Assembly (NCBI GenBank): GCA_000708835.1
Contig: DF237053.1
Location: forward strand, 124,001 to 188,000
DNA from: Klebsormidium nitens
Taxonomy: Eukaryota > Plantae > Klebsormidiophyceae
DNA length: 64,000 nt
Direction of reading: 5' to 3'
Shown here one piece after another: positions 25,628-36,826 of this stretch. The position numbers and the translations under genes were made by a program. The number at the start of each line of letters is the position of its first letter. Positions within the stretch are counted from its first letter, which is position 1. Under the pieces are notes generated by a model. The model saw nothing but the letters and a program-made list of their open reading frames with translations, did not search any database and was not told where the DNA came from.

Positions 25628-28600
25628 ATGGGAGGCTTTTGGGCAGAGGCGGTTCGCCGCGACCCTGAACCCTCTGCGCCAGCCAAAGCCACAATGAGGA
25701 ACGAAACCCACAGCCAGATTAATGGGAACCCCGTTTCCGAGGATGGTAACAACCCGTCCGTGTCATCAGCGGTGGTTACGGCAGAAGCGGACAGCGGGCG
25801 AGCATCGGACACAGAGAAGAGTGGACCAATGTCTGAAGACGTTGGGGCTAGAGTGCATGTGAAGGGGAAGGATGGAGGGCATCTAATGACTCTAGTGGTG
25901 GACACAAACGCGATCATCACTGGAACTAGACTGGACAACATTGCGGAGAGCCTGGTAACCATTACCGAGGTGTTTGAGGAGATCCGGGACAAGCAGACGC
26001 GGCAGCTGCTGGCGAGGCTACCGTACGAGATCGAGACGAGGGAGCCGTCGGATGCAGCCCTGAAAGAAGGTAGGTGGTCGCATGAGACGATCCTGACAAA
26101 TGCTGGTGCAAACAATTGGTGGTGGTTTGTATTCGTTTAATGATGGTGCGTGAAGAAGTCGAGTTTGACATGATAGAGTAGGCCTCTATTTCTCAATTGG
26201 GTTGGGCAGCTTTTGATGCCATGCCATTCTTAGGTGTTCCACGACGTCAGGATGGTAAGACTCCAGGGTTTGTTTCTCGCTTAATAATCCTGAGCAGTAT
26301 TCATCGTGGGCAGTCTTCTCGGGTGCGATGAGGCCAAAATCAAGGCTTACCAGCTCATATTGCCATACCCCTAATTTCGATGGTCGCGTGATGTGGAATT
26401 TCTCTTTGGCCAATTCCTGCTCCTATTTTCCAACGCCATTTTTGACACCCCCATGGCAATATCTTTGTTTCTGCAGTGGTGCGCTTCGCCCGTGCGACTG
26501 GCGACCTCCACTCCCTCTCCCCCCCTGACATCAAGCTCATCGCTCTGACCTACACCCTCGAGGCCGAGCTCTACGGCACCGCTCACATTCGCCGTGAGCC
26601 CCCCCCAATCGCAGTGGCCAAAAAGTCTCAGGCCCGTATGAAGGACCCCCCCGGATGGGGAAAGGTCGCAAACCCGGCTGATTGGGCGGGGATTGACGAG
26701 GTGGGCGATGATGGGAAACGGCCCGGATCGAGCAGCGGTTTCGGAAAGGGGGGGTCGAGAATTTTTGGGGTGAAGCCTTTGGAGGGGGATAGTGTGAGTG
26801 TGGTAAGTTCGAGCGGGGCGGGGGAGGTTTTGAAAGGTGCGGCTGGGTTAGGGCTGGAGGAGGTATCAACCAGCTTGTCAAAAATCGGGTTGGAGGGAGG
26901 GTTAATGCCCAAAGAAGGTTCAGCGGGTCTGCCGGAGGTTAGCTTAGAGGAGCAAGGAGTGGGGACAGAGGAGCAGAAAGGGGAGTCGGTCTCAGAATCG
27001 AACATCGAAGAAGGTGTGAAGTCGGAAGGGAAGGGGGTTCCAAGTGGTTCAGAGGGCGCTGCGGCGTGGGGGGGCTTCATGGTGGCGCCACCTGTCGCAG
27101 TCCCGTTGGCCAGCAACTCCCTTCTCTCTACCAAGCCTGCAAATGACAGCAGCGCTCCTCAAGCCGTCGGAACCGCGAGCTTCGCAGAAGCGGCGCCTCA
27201 AAAGAACGCCCGCCAAAGCTTCAAACAAGGGGGGGGCAGAGGGGGGGGCCGAGGGAGAGGCCGAGGGAGGGGGAGAGGAGCAAAAATGGCGGCGCTCACA
27301 AAGCCGATTGTGGTGGATGGGGTTCATGCAGTGTTAGTGGAAGAGCAGGCGATCGAGCACGCAGAGGGGGGGGACGAGTGGGAGCGTAACGTGAGCCGTA
27401 GCACGCGGAGGAAACATCAACGGCGGGCCGAGAGGGCGGCGGGGCTCGAGACACCAGGGGGTGTGAATACAGGGGCCGCAAATATGGGGGCTGTAGAGGT
27501 TGGGGCGAACTCTGGGGACGGTCCCTCTGCTACTGCCGAGGGTCACGTAGAGACAGAAAGCAACGCTGAGACTCATGCAGAAAAAGGGGGAGAAGAGAAA
27601 GCGGAAATTGGGGCTGCAGTGGTGTCGAAAGGAGTGGGCTTGGTGGAGAACGATCAGAAAAGCGAAGCGGCGGCGGAAAGTGTGCGGCAGTCCGAGGGGC
27701 CGGCGAGCGCAGAGGGGCCGTCTGGTGCGGAAGCCGAATCGGGAGGCCAGTTTTCGGATGCAGAAGAAGACGAAGAAGCGAGCGGTGCCGAGGAAGACGA
27801 GCCGGAGGTAGAGTCTCCGGCCGCTGACGTCGACGACACCCCAGCTGACGTCAGCACGCGCGCAGAGCCAGAGGACAGTGGCGAGCCTTCGGGAGCAGCG
27901 GAGTATGAGTACGTTTACAGCGATCAGGAAAAGGCCCCGGAATCGATTCAGGTGGCTTTGCCCCAAGCTTCGCAGGCTGCTTCGGAAGTTGGGTCGGGCT
28001 GGGATGGGGCCTCCTCGGCCGCGGGGCCCGAACGGGAATCGGAGGTGGCGTGCATGACCTCAGACTTCGCGATGCAGAACGTGCTGCTGCAGATGGGGCT
28101 GCGGCTACTGTCGGTGGACGGGCTGGCCATCTCGCAGGTGCACCGGTGAGGATGTTTACGCTTTTTTTCCTTGTTCTTCTCACCCCCCTCGCTTCCACAT
28201 GTCTTTTTGGAAGCGTTCTTTATCAGTGCTCAGTCGTCTTCTCGAAGTGCAACAGCGGCCGCGGAGGGGCCATCTCGCAGGTGCATCGGTTAGGAGAAAG
28301 TTGTAAATAGTTTCGTTTTTCCTGACACTAAATGCCTGCTCAAAAGCCGGAATGTCGAGCAGGCATTTTGCCAATTACAACAGCAGCTGACAGCTTGGTC
28401 ATCTGGCAGGTGCACCGGCGAGCAGGCCGCCGCAAATTTCGATCTCCTATGCAGCCGTCTAAGCCCTTTTCTGGGCACAGAATGCCGTTTGCACGGCACT
28501 CGATTCCGCATGTCGTCTATTCTCGGTTTCATGCGCGTTATTGGAAGCTTGCCATCTAGCAGTGCTCGGTTTCCTTCAAGTGCTCAGGTGACGTGATTGA

Positions 28601-30645
28601 GTTCTGGGATCATGGTCCTGGTTGGCCCTGTGTTCGACACTACAGGAACTGGCGGCTTGATTTGTCGACGATCACATTCGAACAAAGGCAGAGACCTTGG
28701 ACTGAGGACTCGCCAGTCGTTAAGTTTACACGTTAAGGTTGGTTTAGCTCTGCCTCCCAATACTAAATTTGCTTTTCTTTCTCCTTCGACCGAGTACTCA
28801 ACGTTCTTCAGACCCCCGTCGAATTTTCTTGCTTAAGGACCTCATATCAAACTCAGAGTCCAACTTGTGTAAACATCTGCAGATTTGTATATGACACTCA
28901 TCTGACGGCCAGCTCTTTTATTGCCTCAGGTGGGCGCTCCGGTGTCAAGCGTGCGGGCAAGTGACCCACGAGATGGGCCGCATCTTCTGCCCCAAGTGCG
29001 GTAACGGCGGCACGCTCCACAAGGTGACGGTAATGGTCGGAGAGGACGGGGCGCTCGTGGCGGGCGTCAGGAAGCGCTTCAGCCTACGTGGCACGCGGGT
29101 AAGCGTTCACTGGGACTTTTTTGGCCGTTTATCATGGATGGTTATGGGCTGGTCAGAAGGTGGTTATATTCCCAATAATCAGACGTCGGCGACAACCAGG
29201 CATGGAAAGATGATAAATAACAGTTTGTTTTTCGATAATCCTGAGACTCAAGTCCGGTGATAAGCCTGGTTAGCAACCAAACCGTACTGTGGTTGTCACA
29301 GAAGTTGGGTTCTTCTGCACTTCGTGCTTCTCGGAAAATTTTCTGGTATGCCGACACTCTTACGATGTCGATCTTGCTTCGAGATGCTTTTTCAATGTTT
29401 GCCATGCTCTTAAATGCACATCATTCCGGCCTGCAAGTCTCCTGCAGCCCATCCCGTCTCGCCTTGCGAAAGCTGAGTCGTCCCACAGGGCGCTTGAAAC
29501 CCGGTCATCCACAAGGAATTTTCTTTCCATCCACTCTTCGGCTCGCGCATTTTTCGATTCGGTCAACAAACCTCCGTTCTTTCGTCGCTTCATGCGCTCT
29601 CCGATTCCCTCACCAACCTCTCGTTCTTCGCCCCGTGCACCAGCCGTTCCATCACCATTTGTCGTCCTGCGTTTGCCCCGTGTACTGTCCCCTTCCCTCA
29701 CCAAATCTACTTTCTTTCTTTGCTTTGTGTGTTAGCTCCTCACTCAAACATACCTTCTTTCTTCGCTTTGTTCATTAGCCGATTTCTTAACCAATTGACG
29801 TTTCTTTCCGTCCTTGTGCAGTATCCCATCCCCCTGCCTAAGGGCGGCCGCGAGGGCAAGCAAAGCGACCCGATCCTGCGGGAGGACCAGCTGCCGTCGC
29901 GGATTCGGCACGGCCTGGGGCCTCGGAAGAAAAAGGGGGTGAGCTCACAGACAAGCTCACAGACAGACTCTCAGAAAGTGCAACAGGAGCATACATTGCC
30001 GGAATGTGTTCGTTTTGGCTCTCCCTGTGTCCGTTGGATGTTGCAGCTCGTTGATTGCTCGTTTAGAATCGAAGACCGTGTCTGTCTCTGTTTCGGGAAC
30101 GGCGACTGGTTTGGTGGTTCTTGCTCTGGTCTCTTGTGAACGGCCTTTAGTATCTTCCAAGTGGCTGGCTGACTTGATGCGCTTCCCATACCGATTAATT
30201 CAGCAAGAGCATGGATAACTGGATATGAGTCCGCGAGAACGCGTTCTTCGACGAGGACGAAGGTTTTGAAGCTCTTCGCGCCTGCTGGTCATACCCCTCG
30301 AGCAGAGTGTGCGGCGTCTCGTGCCGTTCGTCTCCCTCTAGAGGCGGGCCTTGAGCTAATCGTTCTGGAAATTTCCGGCGGAAAATGTTGACAATTTTCA
30401 GTTCGAGTCGCTGGTGTTTATTTGAGACAAAAGTTTGAGGGTAGCTTTAAAGAGAAGTCCTAAGCTCCGGGTGTAACCCCTTGCAGGAAGTCGACGTCTT
30501 CGGCGCAGAGTACGGCCCCGAGACGTGGTTCCAAGCGGTGCCCACGAAGGGAGTGTCTCACAACGCGGTCCACGTCAAGAACGCCACCGCCGCGTTTAAC
30601 TCGCGGAAGAATCCGAACGAGCGCAGAGTGGCCCGGAAGAAATAA
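25628..30645 (+). CDS. NOB1: RNA-binding endonuclease NOB1 (18S rRNA 3' end processing; PIN domain plus Zn ribbon)
   Basis: LVVDTNAII...EIRDKQTR | VVRFARATGDLHSLSPPDIKLIALTYTLE ... VACMTSDFAMQNVLLQMGL | WALRCQAC...FCPKCGNGGTL...RGTR | YPIPLPKGGR...ILREDQL | ...RKNPNE*. Exons 25628-26069, 26477-28145, 28930-29098, 29822-29938, 30487-30645. Confidence 0.95.
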
Positions 30646-32207
30646 ACTTGTCTCCGCTTAAGCCTGTAATTCTGTCATGCACCCTAGCCCTGATAGCCGG
30701 TGAAAGGGTGCTACTACTTTGAATGAGCAGCATGCGGCACAGGGATAGGAGACGCTTGGAACCATAATGTCATGCGATTTTAGTGTTGAAATTATCCGTA
30801 CAACCAAATCATGCACCTAGTGACGTTTGACATTGGCTACGTACGTGACCTTATGGTCGCTCCCGTATCGAAATACTGCATGCTCCGGGATGGGCTGGTT
30901 TGAAGCAGACGTCAAGTCGAGCAAATTTGCACATGCTTGCGAATGCACTTAATGTACCTAAACATGGCATGTGTTCGTATGGGCTATATACGCCTCTTGA
31001 TTGAGTTGTGTGTTGGATCTATGTTAACGCGATTTGATCATCAAATCTTAAATTTCAATATGTGGATTGATTGCCTGGTACAGGAAGTTCATGAGTCTCA
31101 TCTACATGCTGGCCCTAGCTAGCTAAAGCAGCCGTTCTATATCTTGCAAATGATCGATGGCACATATGTTGTCAAAATTGTGCCCGCGGTGTTTGAAGAT
31201 GCCGAACCACAGACTGAAAAGAGTTTCTGGGCCGCATGCAGCCAGCGTTCCTTCTTGTCGTTGACGCCTTGTTGAGCGCAAAGAGTTGGCTCAGTGATGC
31301 ACAGCTTGAGAAAGAGAAACGAAATCTATTCTTTCGAGTCTGAGATACAGCTGTCCGAATTGACATGCCATCAAGAGCCATTTTTCGAAAAAGGAGGTAA
31401 CGTTTCTCTTACTTCGACAAGTCCAAATCGTTGCTTTTGGTCTGAAGAGCAAGGACACGAAGTTCAAAAGTGGGAAGGAACGTGTTGACCGTTTCCGAAC
31501 TGAAAGCCAAGGCATACGAATGGACGATTCTTATCCTAGCCGGAATCTACTGCAGAGGCATCTGTTCCTTCACTTCATAGACGGTTTTGAGACCCTCGAT
31601 GAGGATTTGATTGAAAGTACCTAATTCATGACAAGTTTCATGCTGGTTAGACACGTGTCAGTGCGGAAGTGCTTCTTTATTTCGAGTGGGACGTCCAGAG
31701 ACTCCAGACGGAGCTCCGGAGTCCGTCGGCACCTTCCATTCCGCGGCCGAGCCAGGAGCCTGCGCAGTGCGGAATGCGGATGCCTAGCCGCGGAAATCGA
31801 CGAACTCTACCTTCAGTACGTCATTATGGCTGACGCCATCGTTCAAGTGGTGTCATGCTTTCGTACTGAAAAGAGAAAGCGAGCTGCATGTGGCCGAAGT
31901 TGAACGAACTCCACAACGATGCGCCGTACTATCGAAAAGTCAAACTTTGAATGATTCACGCAAAAGGGTCGTCGTCTTCGAGTGCCACGTTCACATTGCA
32001 CAGCATCAGCAACACAGTCCAAAATGTACGGTCTAAATATTTAGAAATTTCAATCATGCAAGTCAATCATGTAACACGACCATGCATGAGTCATGACAAT
32101 TGTGGAATTGATGGCGAGTCTGCGACCCTCTGATGCCGACACGTCTCTTACCGATGCCTACGCGCCTGCCAGACGAGAATTTAGACAAGAGAATCAAACG
32201 CAGGATA

Positions 32208-32651
32208 GGTCTCGTTTTCATGTTGACAAAGGGCAAGGGAAAGCACCCGGGGGACGGGTAGGGTTGGTATGGGGGTTAGGTGTGTGTACGGTGCAGAGCG
32301 GGTGACATTTAGTCGGTTTAGGTTTTTAGGTTTGTTCGTGCCCCCGAGCACGATCCTTAGTCAACATGCGCTTAGTCAACATGGAATCGAGAAGTATAAA
32401 CGCAGGTCGACCTTCTGACCGCCGTTCAAGCAGTAGCCCACAAGCCGCAATTTGGATACTTCTCGATTTCATGTTGACTAAGAGCATGTTGACTAAGGAT
32501 AGTGCTCGGGGGAACCAGCAAAACTAAAAACCTAAACCTGGGAATGACGCGCTCCGCACCCGTACCCACCCTAACCCCCAAACAAACCCTAACTGTCCCC
32601 CGGGCACTTTCCTTAGTCAACATGGCCCTTAGTCAACATGAAATCGAGACC
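32208..32651. mobile_element. Foldback/MITE-like non-autonomous element with ~190-bp imperfect terminal inverted repeats, flanked by TA
   Basis: Arms 32208-32397 and 32456-32651 are reverse complements (GGTCTCG...CGAGACC), with a repeated ttagtcaacatg motif and a 58-nt spacer. TA lies at 32206-7 and 32652-3, consistent with a Tc1/mariner-type target duplication. Confidence 0.8.
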
Positions 32652-33627
32652 TATGCAAATTGGGCTGCAAATGTTGTTGTAGTGTCTCTGGAAAGTGGGG
32701 GGGTACAGGGGGGAATTGGTCAAACGACTCGGATAGAACATGGAGAGATTGGTCCCTCCGAGCACGACAAAAGGTCGAAGGCCCGCTTTTGCGTCTCTGA
32801 TAACTTCGTAGTACATTTCTCAAGCGCCAGCGCCCGTCAGACACCAGACGGCCATTCGTCAGCTGCAAAGCTTATCTTGTCACACGCCTGCCAAGAGGGA
32901 GCTTAAGCTGAGAGGGAAATATCGTCGAAGGTCTGCTGTACCTAGTCGCTCCGAGTAGATTCTCGATCCAGGATGGCAACCACCAGGTGAGCTCCTGTAG
33001 TTGTACCAACGGTTTCTGCTTCTTGTTCCGACTTCTTTTCCTTTCATACATGGATGAGTGCTGGACCAGTTCAGGGTAAGACCGCGTTCAGAGACCTGTT
33101 GAGACTCTCATTGCGAAAGTTAGTATATATCCGGGATCCAGGGCCTTAGAACCCAATTGCAGTTTGGCTTCTGCTCATACTGAGCAAAGCTGACCTTGTG
33201 GCAAGTTTTTCTCTGCTTGATGCTCATCGCAGGAGTGACCTTTTGTGGGGCAATTGGTTTCTTGGTTGCACTCACTTGACCCTCCAATATTGCTGTTTGC
33301 TAATGTCCTGCTTCAGTTAAGGAACACTCATGATCGAGGGTCTCAATGATTGCGCAAAACCGATATCATTCAGCCAGCCAAGTTCGCCTCGTCGCCTCTG
33401 CACTTGAAAGTATGTTGTGCTAATCAAACCTTGAGAATACTTGTACATGACACCTTAAGGTATTCTTCGTGTCCACCAACCAAGACTCCCCATCTAAATT
33501 ATGCCAGAAGGCCACAATTACTGTTCAAAGCCTGATGCTGAGGAACAAATCCTCGTACTAAACCCCACAAAATCTCTTTTGCATAATTCAGATCGTCCCT
33601 TCATTGACAAGGCCTTCGGCGCCCAAA

Positions 33628-36211
33628 ATGGACATCAAGGGGGACCATCTTTCCATCCAGGACATCATCGATGTCAGCCTCTTGGGCCGCCACGTGCCGC
33701 TCAGCCATGACGTGGACGACCACGTGGCAGCAGCCCACCAGCTGATTCTCGACCGTCTGAAGGCGGGTCAACCCATGTATGGGGTCAACACCAATTTCGG
33801 GGGGCTGGCAACCAAACAGCTCACGGCAAACGAAGCCTCTGCTCTTCAGGAGAACCTCATCTGGGGCCTCAAGAGCGGGGCGGGTCGCAAGCTGCCCCCC
33901 TATCTAGTTCGTGCAGCCATGCTCATCCGCGCAAACGCGCTGGCCAGGGGGGCTTCGGGCGCCCGCAGGATCCTCATCGAACGGTTGCTGGCGTTCCTGA
34001 ATGAGGGTGTGACACCTGTCGTACACGAGCTGGGCTCTATTGGCGCGAGCGGCGACCTTATTCCGCTGGCGGAAATTGTCGGCTGTGTCATTGGCCTCAG
34101 TAAGGCCTACCGGGTTGTGGACCAGAATGGGAGAGAGCTCGACGCCCTGGCAGCGCTTGCTGAGATGGGCCTTGAACCACTTAGGCTGGAGGTATGTGAC
34201 TTTCTCCAGTAATTCTCAGGTTGGCTGCAAAAGCAAGCCATCTCAATCCTACAGTAGCTCAAGTGTTTTGAAGTGCGTGCTGATCACGAGGTTTCGTTGC
34301 GGTTTCCGAGACTCTTGATTGAGATGAAGCTTTTCGGACAAGAGAACTTATCATCCAGAGTATCATTGTGAACTTTAGGCAGACCTGTCAAAGCTTCGAA
34401 GATTGTCAACAGTCTCTTTCTGATTTAACGTTGCTGTCCTCGAGGAAGCAGCTTCAATTTCAAATTTTTCAAGACATCAATTAGTGAAAGCTGCACCATC
34501 TTTTTCGCAGCGGAAAGAAGGCCTCGCGCTCGTGAACGGCACCTCCATGATGAACGGCATCGCGTGCCACGTCATCACCGACGCTCGCAAGCTGCTGCGC
34601 CTCTCGCTGTACTTGCACGCCTTCTACATCCAGGCGCTCGAGGGATCCCCCGAACCCTTCTCCGCGTTTCTGCACCAGTGCAAGCCGCATCCGGGGCAGG
34701 TTGAAGCTGCCAGACTCATGCGCGAGCTGCTAAAGGGCGGGAAGGTCCTTCCGAACGCCGAGCAAATGCTCGAATCGGATAAGGCGCTGATTCAAGACCG
34801 GTACTCTATTCGCTGCCTACCGCAGTACATGGGACCGATCCTGGATGCGTTCGCTCTCATTGAGAAGCAGGTATGGCGTTGCACGTAGTGAAGGTGCAAG
34901 GCGGTGAGGTTTGCTGGGTTGCCTCATTAGTGGCGTTGTGCTCTGGTCATAGTTGTTGGGTGGTGTTTGATGCTTCAATGCGCTTCATCTGAATAGCTTG
35001 CATTGGTCAGCGGCAGTCTCTTCGTGCAAAAGTAACTTTTGAGCATATTCCCACGTGTTCGCATTCTGAGCTGTCTTCCCATTTTTGTTGCTGTAAGGCC
35101 TCGAGCACTTTTTGTGTTCATCCTTTGTCTCCAGATTACAGAGATATTAAATAGGCCTTTGGCTCATATGCAGGTTGAGATGGAGGCGAACTGCGTGGAC
35201 GACAATCCGCTGGTGGACGTGTCCGCCGGAATGGTGCTAAACGGGGGCAACTTTCTGGGGCAGTACATCGGAACCGGAATGGACCTGTTACGATATCACG
35301 TCGCCTTACTTACGAAGCATCTTGACACACAGATTGCAATGCTAGTTACGCCCAGCATGAACAACGGGCTGCCTGCGTCGCTAGTTGGCACACGAGCTGA
35401 CGATACGGGAATCAAGCTCGGCTTGAAAGCATTGCAGATCTTCGCCAACTCTGTCCTACCCCGGTTGATGCACCTCGCTTCCCCGATAACGCACCTCTTC
35501 CCGACGCATGCGGAGGAGTATAATCAGAACATCAATTCGCAGGTTTGTCACTTATTGGCTGGCTCATATGAGCCCTCATTTCACCTTGATCGTGCAACAC
35601 GGGGGCTCGCAGGAGCATGCCTTGTAAAGAGATGGTATTTGCCTGCTCGATATAGATGGGAAGTGATGAGATTCGTGGCCACAAAACTCAGTAAGCAACT
35701 CAATAACGTCCGAGCACAATTGGATCTGATCGCAATGCATACTCTCAGACTGTTGTATTCTGAACCCCTCACCTTGCTCGTTTCCAACTGTGACTCGAAC
35801 TTTCAAGAAATATTGATCGCGCCTCTCTCATCCTTAGCTCGCAGCTCTGGCTCTGTGTCTAGAAGGCCGTGTTTCAATGATTATTCTGCAGGGTTCAACT
35901 CTGCCAACCTGGCAAGAGAGTCTGTTGGTCTTCTAAGAACCTACCTTTCGGCTGGGGTGATTTTTCCGATTCAGTCAATAGAGCTACGCGCTTTCGCTAG
36001 GGAGGGGCACTAACATGGCGAGGCATTTTTGTCGCCTGCGTGTCGCCCTCTGTATAACGCCTTTTACAAGGCATTTGGGCAGCCCAATCAAACGACGAAG
36101 CCGTTCGTCGAAAAGAATGGCGACCAGGATCTTGCAGACTTGATTTCGAGATTGGAGATTGACCTTGCCAGCGTGGACAGCAGGTTGTTAGACAGCGTCT
36201 GTGAAGGTTGA
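33628..36211 (+). CDS. PAL: MIO-dependent aromatic amino acid ammonia-lyase, cyanobacterial PAL-like; 4 exons; possibly a pseudogene
   Basis: Exons 33628-34191, 34511-34870, 35174-35542 and about 35891-36211. Motifs: MYGVNTNFGG, GSIGASGDL (MIO), KEGLALVNGT, QDRYSIRC, DDNPL, GGNFLGQY, THAEEYNQNINSQ. Colinear with Anabaena/Nostoc PAL as I recall it; no eukaryotic shielding domain. In-frame TAA at 36011-36013. The start codon is uncertain because an upstream acceptor exists at 33591. Confidence 0.9.
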
Positions 36212-36826
36212 AGTACAAAATTTGATTCAAACGCGTAAGATTACAACATAGGACATATACGACGGTACAGGCTTTCGTGCATGTAGCGAACAAGGAAGCC
36301 CATATATACATGTGTGCATGCACACGAGTCACCGTCCAGTGCGCTGTAGGCCGCCTGGGGCCACATTGCAGTAGACCTGACCCTCTTGTATTTAGTACAG
36401 GATCCAGATGTCAGAGCACCCCGCGAGCATGGCCATACGTTGTGGACTCGAGCTTGCTTCAATGAAACTAGATCATGCAACACGTGGCTGTGATCTCATT
36501 CAATCATGACCGAAGGTCAATATCTGGTCTTCGAAGTGTATAATTCATATATCTCAGCAGCCCGATCAGCATGGCCATCTTGTGAACCCGGGCTTGCTTC
36601 AATAAAGCTGGACTGCAACATGTAGCGGTCCCACGCAATTATGAAGGTCAATTTTTGGTCTTCGAGCTCATGCTCAACGATCAGTGTCCCGACATACCAA
36701 ATTTATAAGAGGCTTACTTCAAGCCGTCCTTCCGTAGCCTTTCGCTCAAATTGCTCTACAAGAGCGCAAGTTGTTAATATGTCTATCTAAACCATACCGC
36801 AAGGTGTTGAACACGCAAAAACACTG

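Noticed and set aside
26537-28198. Several long antisense ORFs over NOB1
   Set aside because: Shadows of a GC-rich, low-complexity coding exon.
35543-35890. 116-codon PAL insert as a plant-type shielding domain
   Set aside because: The size is similar, but the shielding domain inserts about 35 residues later (after QAIDLR). This insert starts with GT, ends in a pyrimidine tract with CAG, and splits the conserved NSQG.
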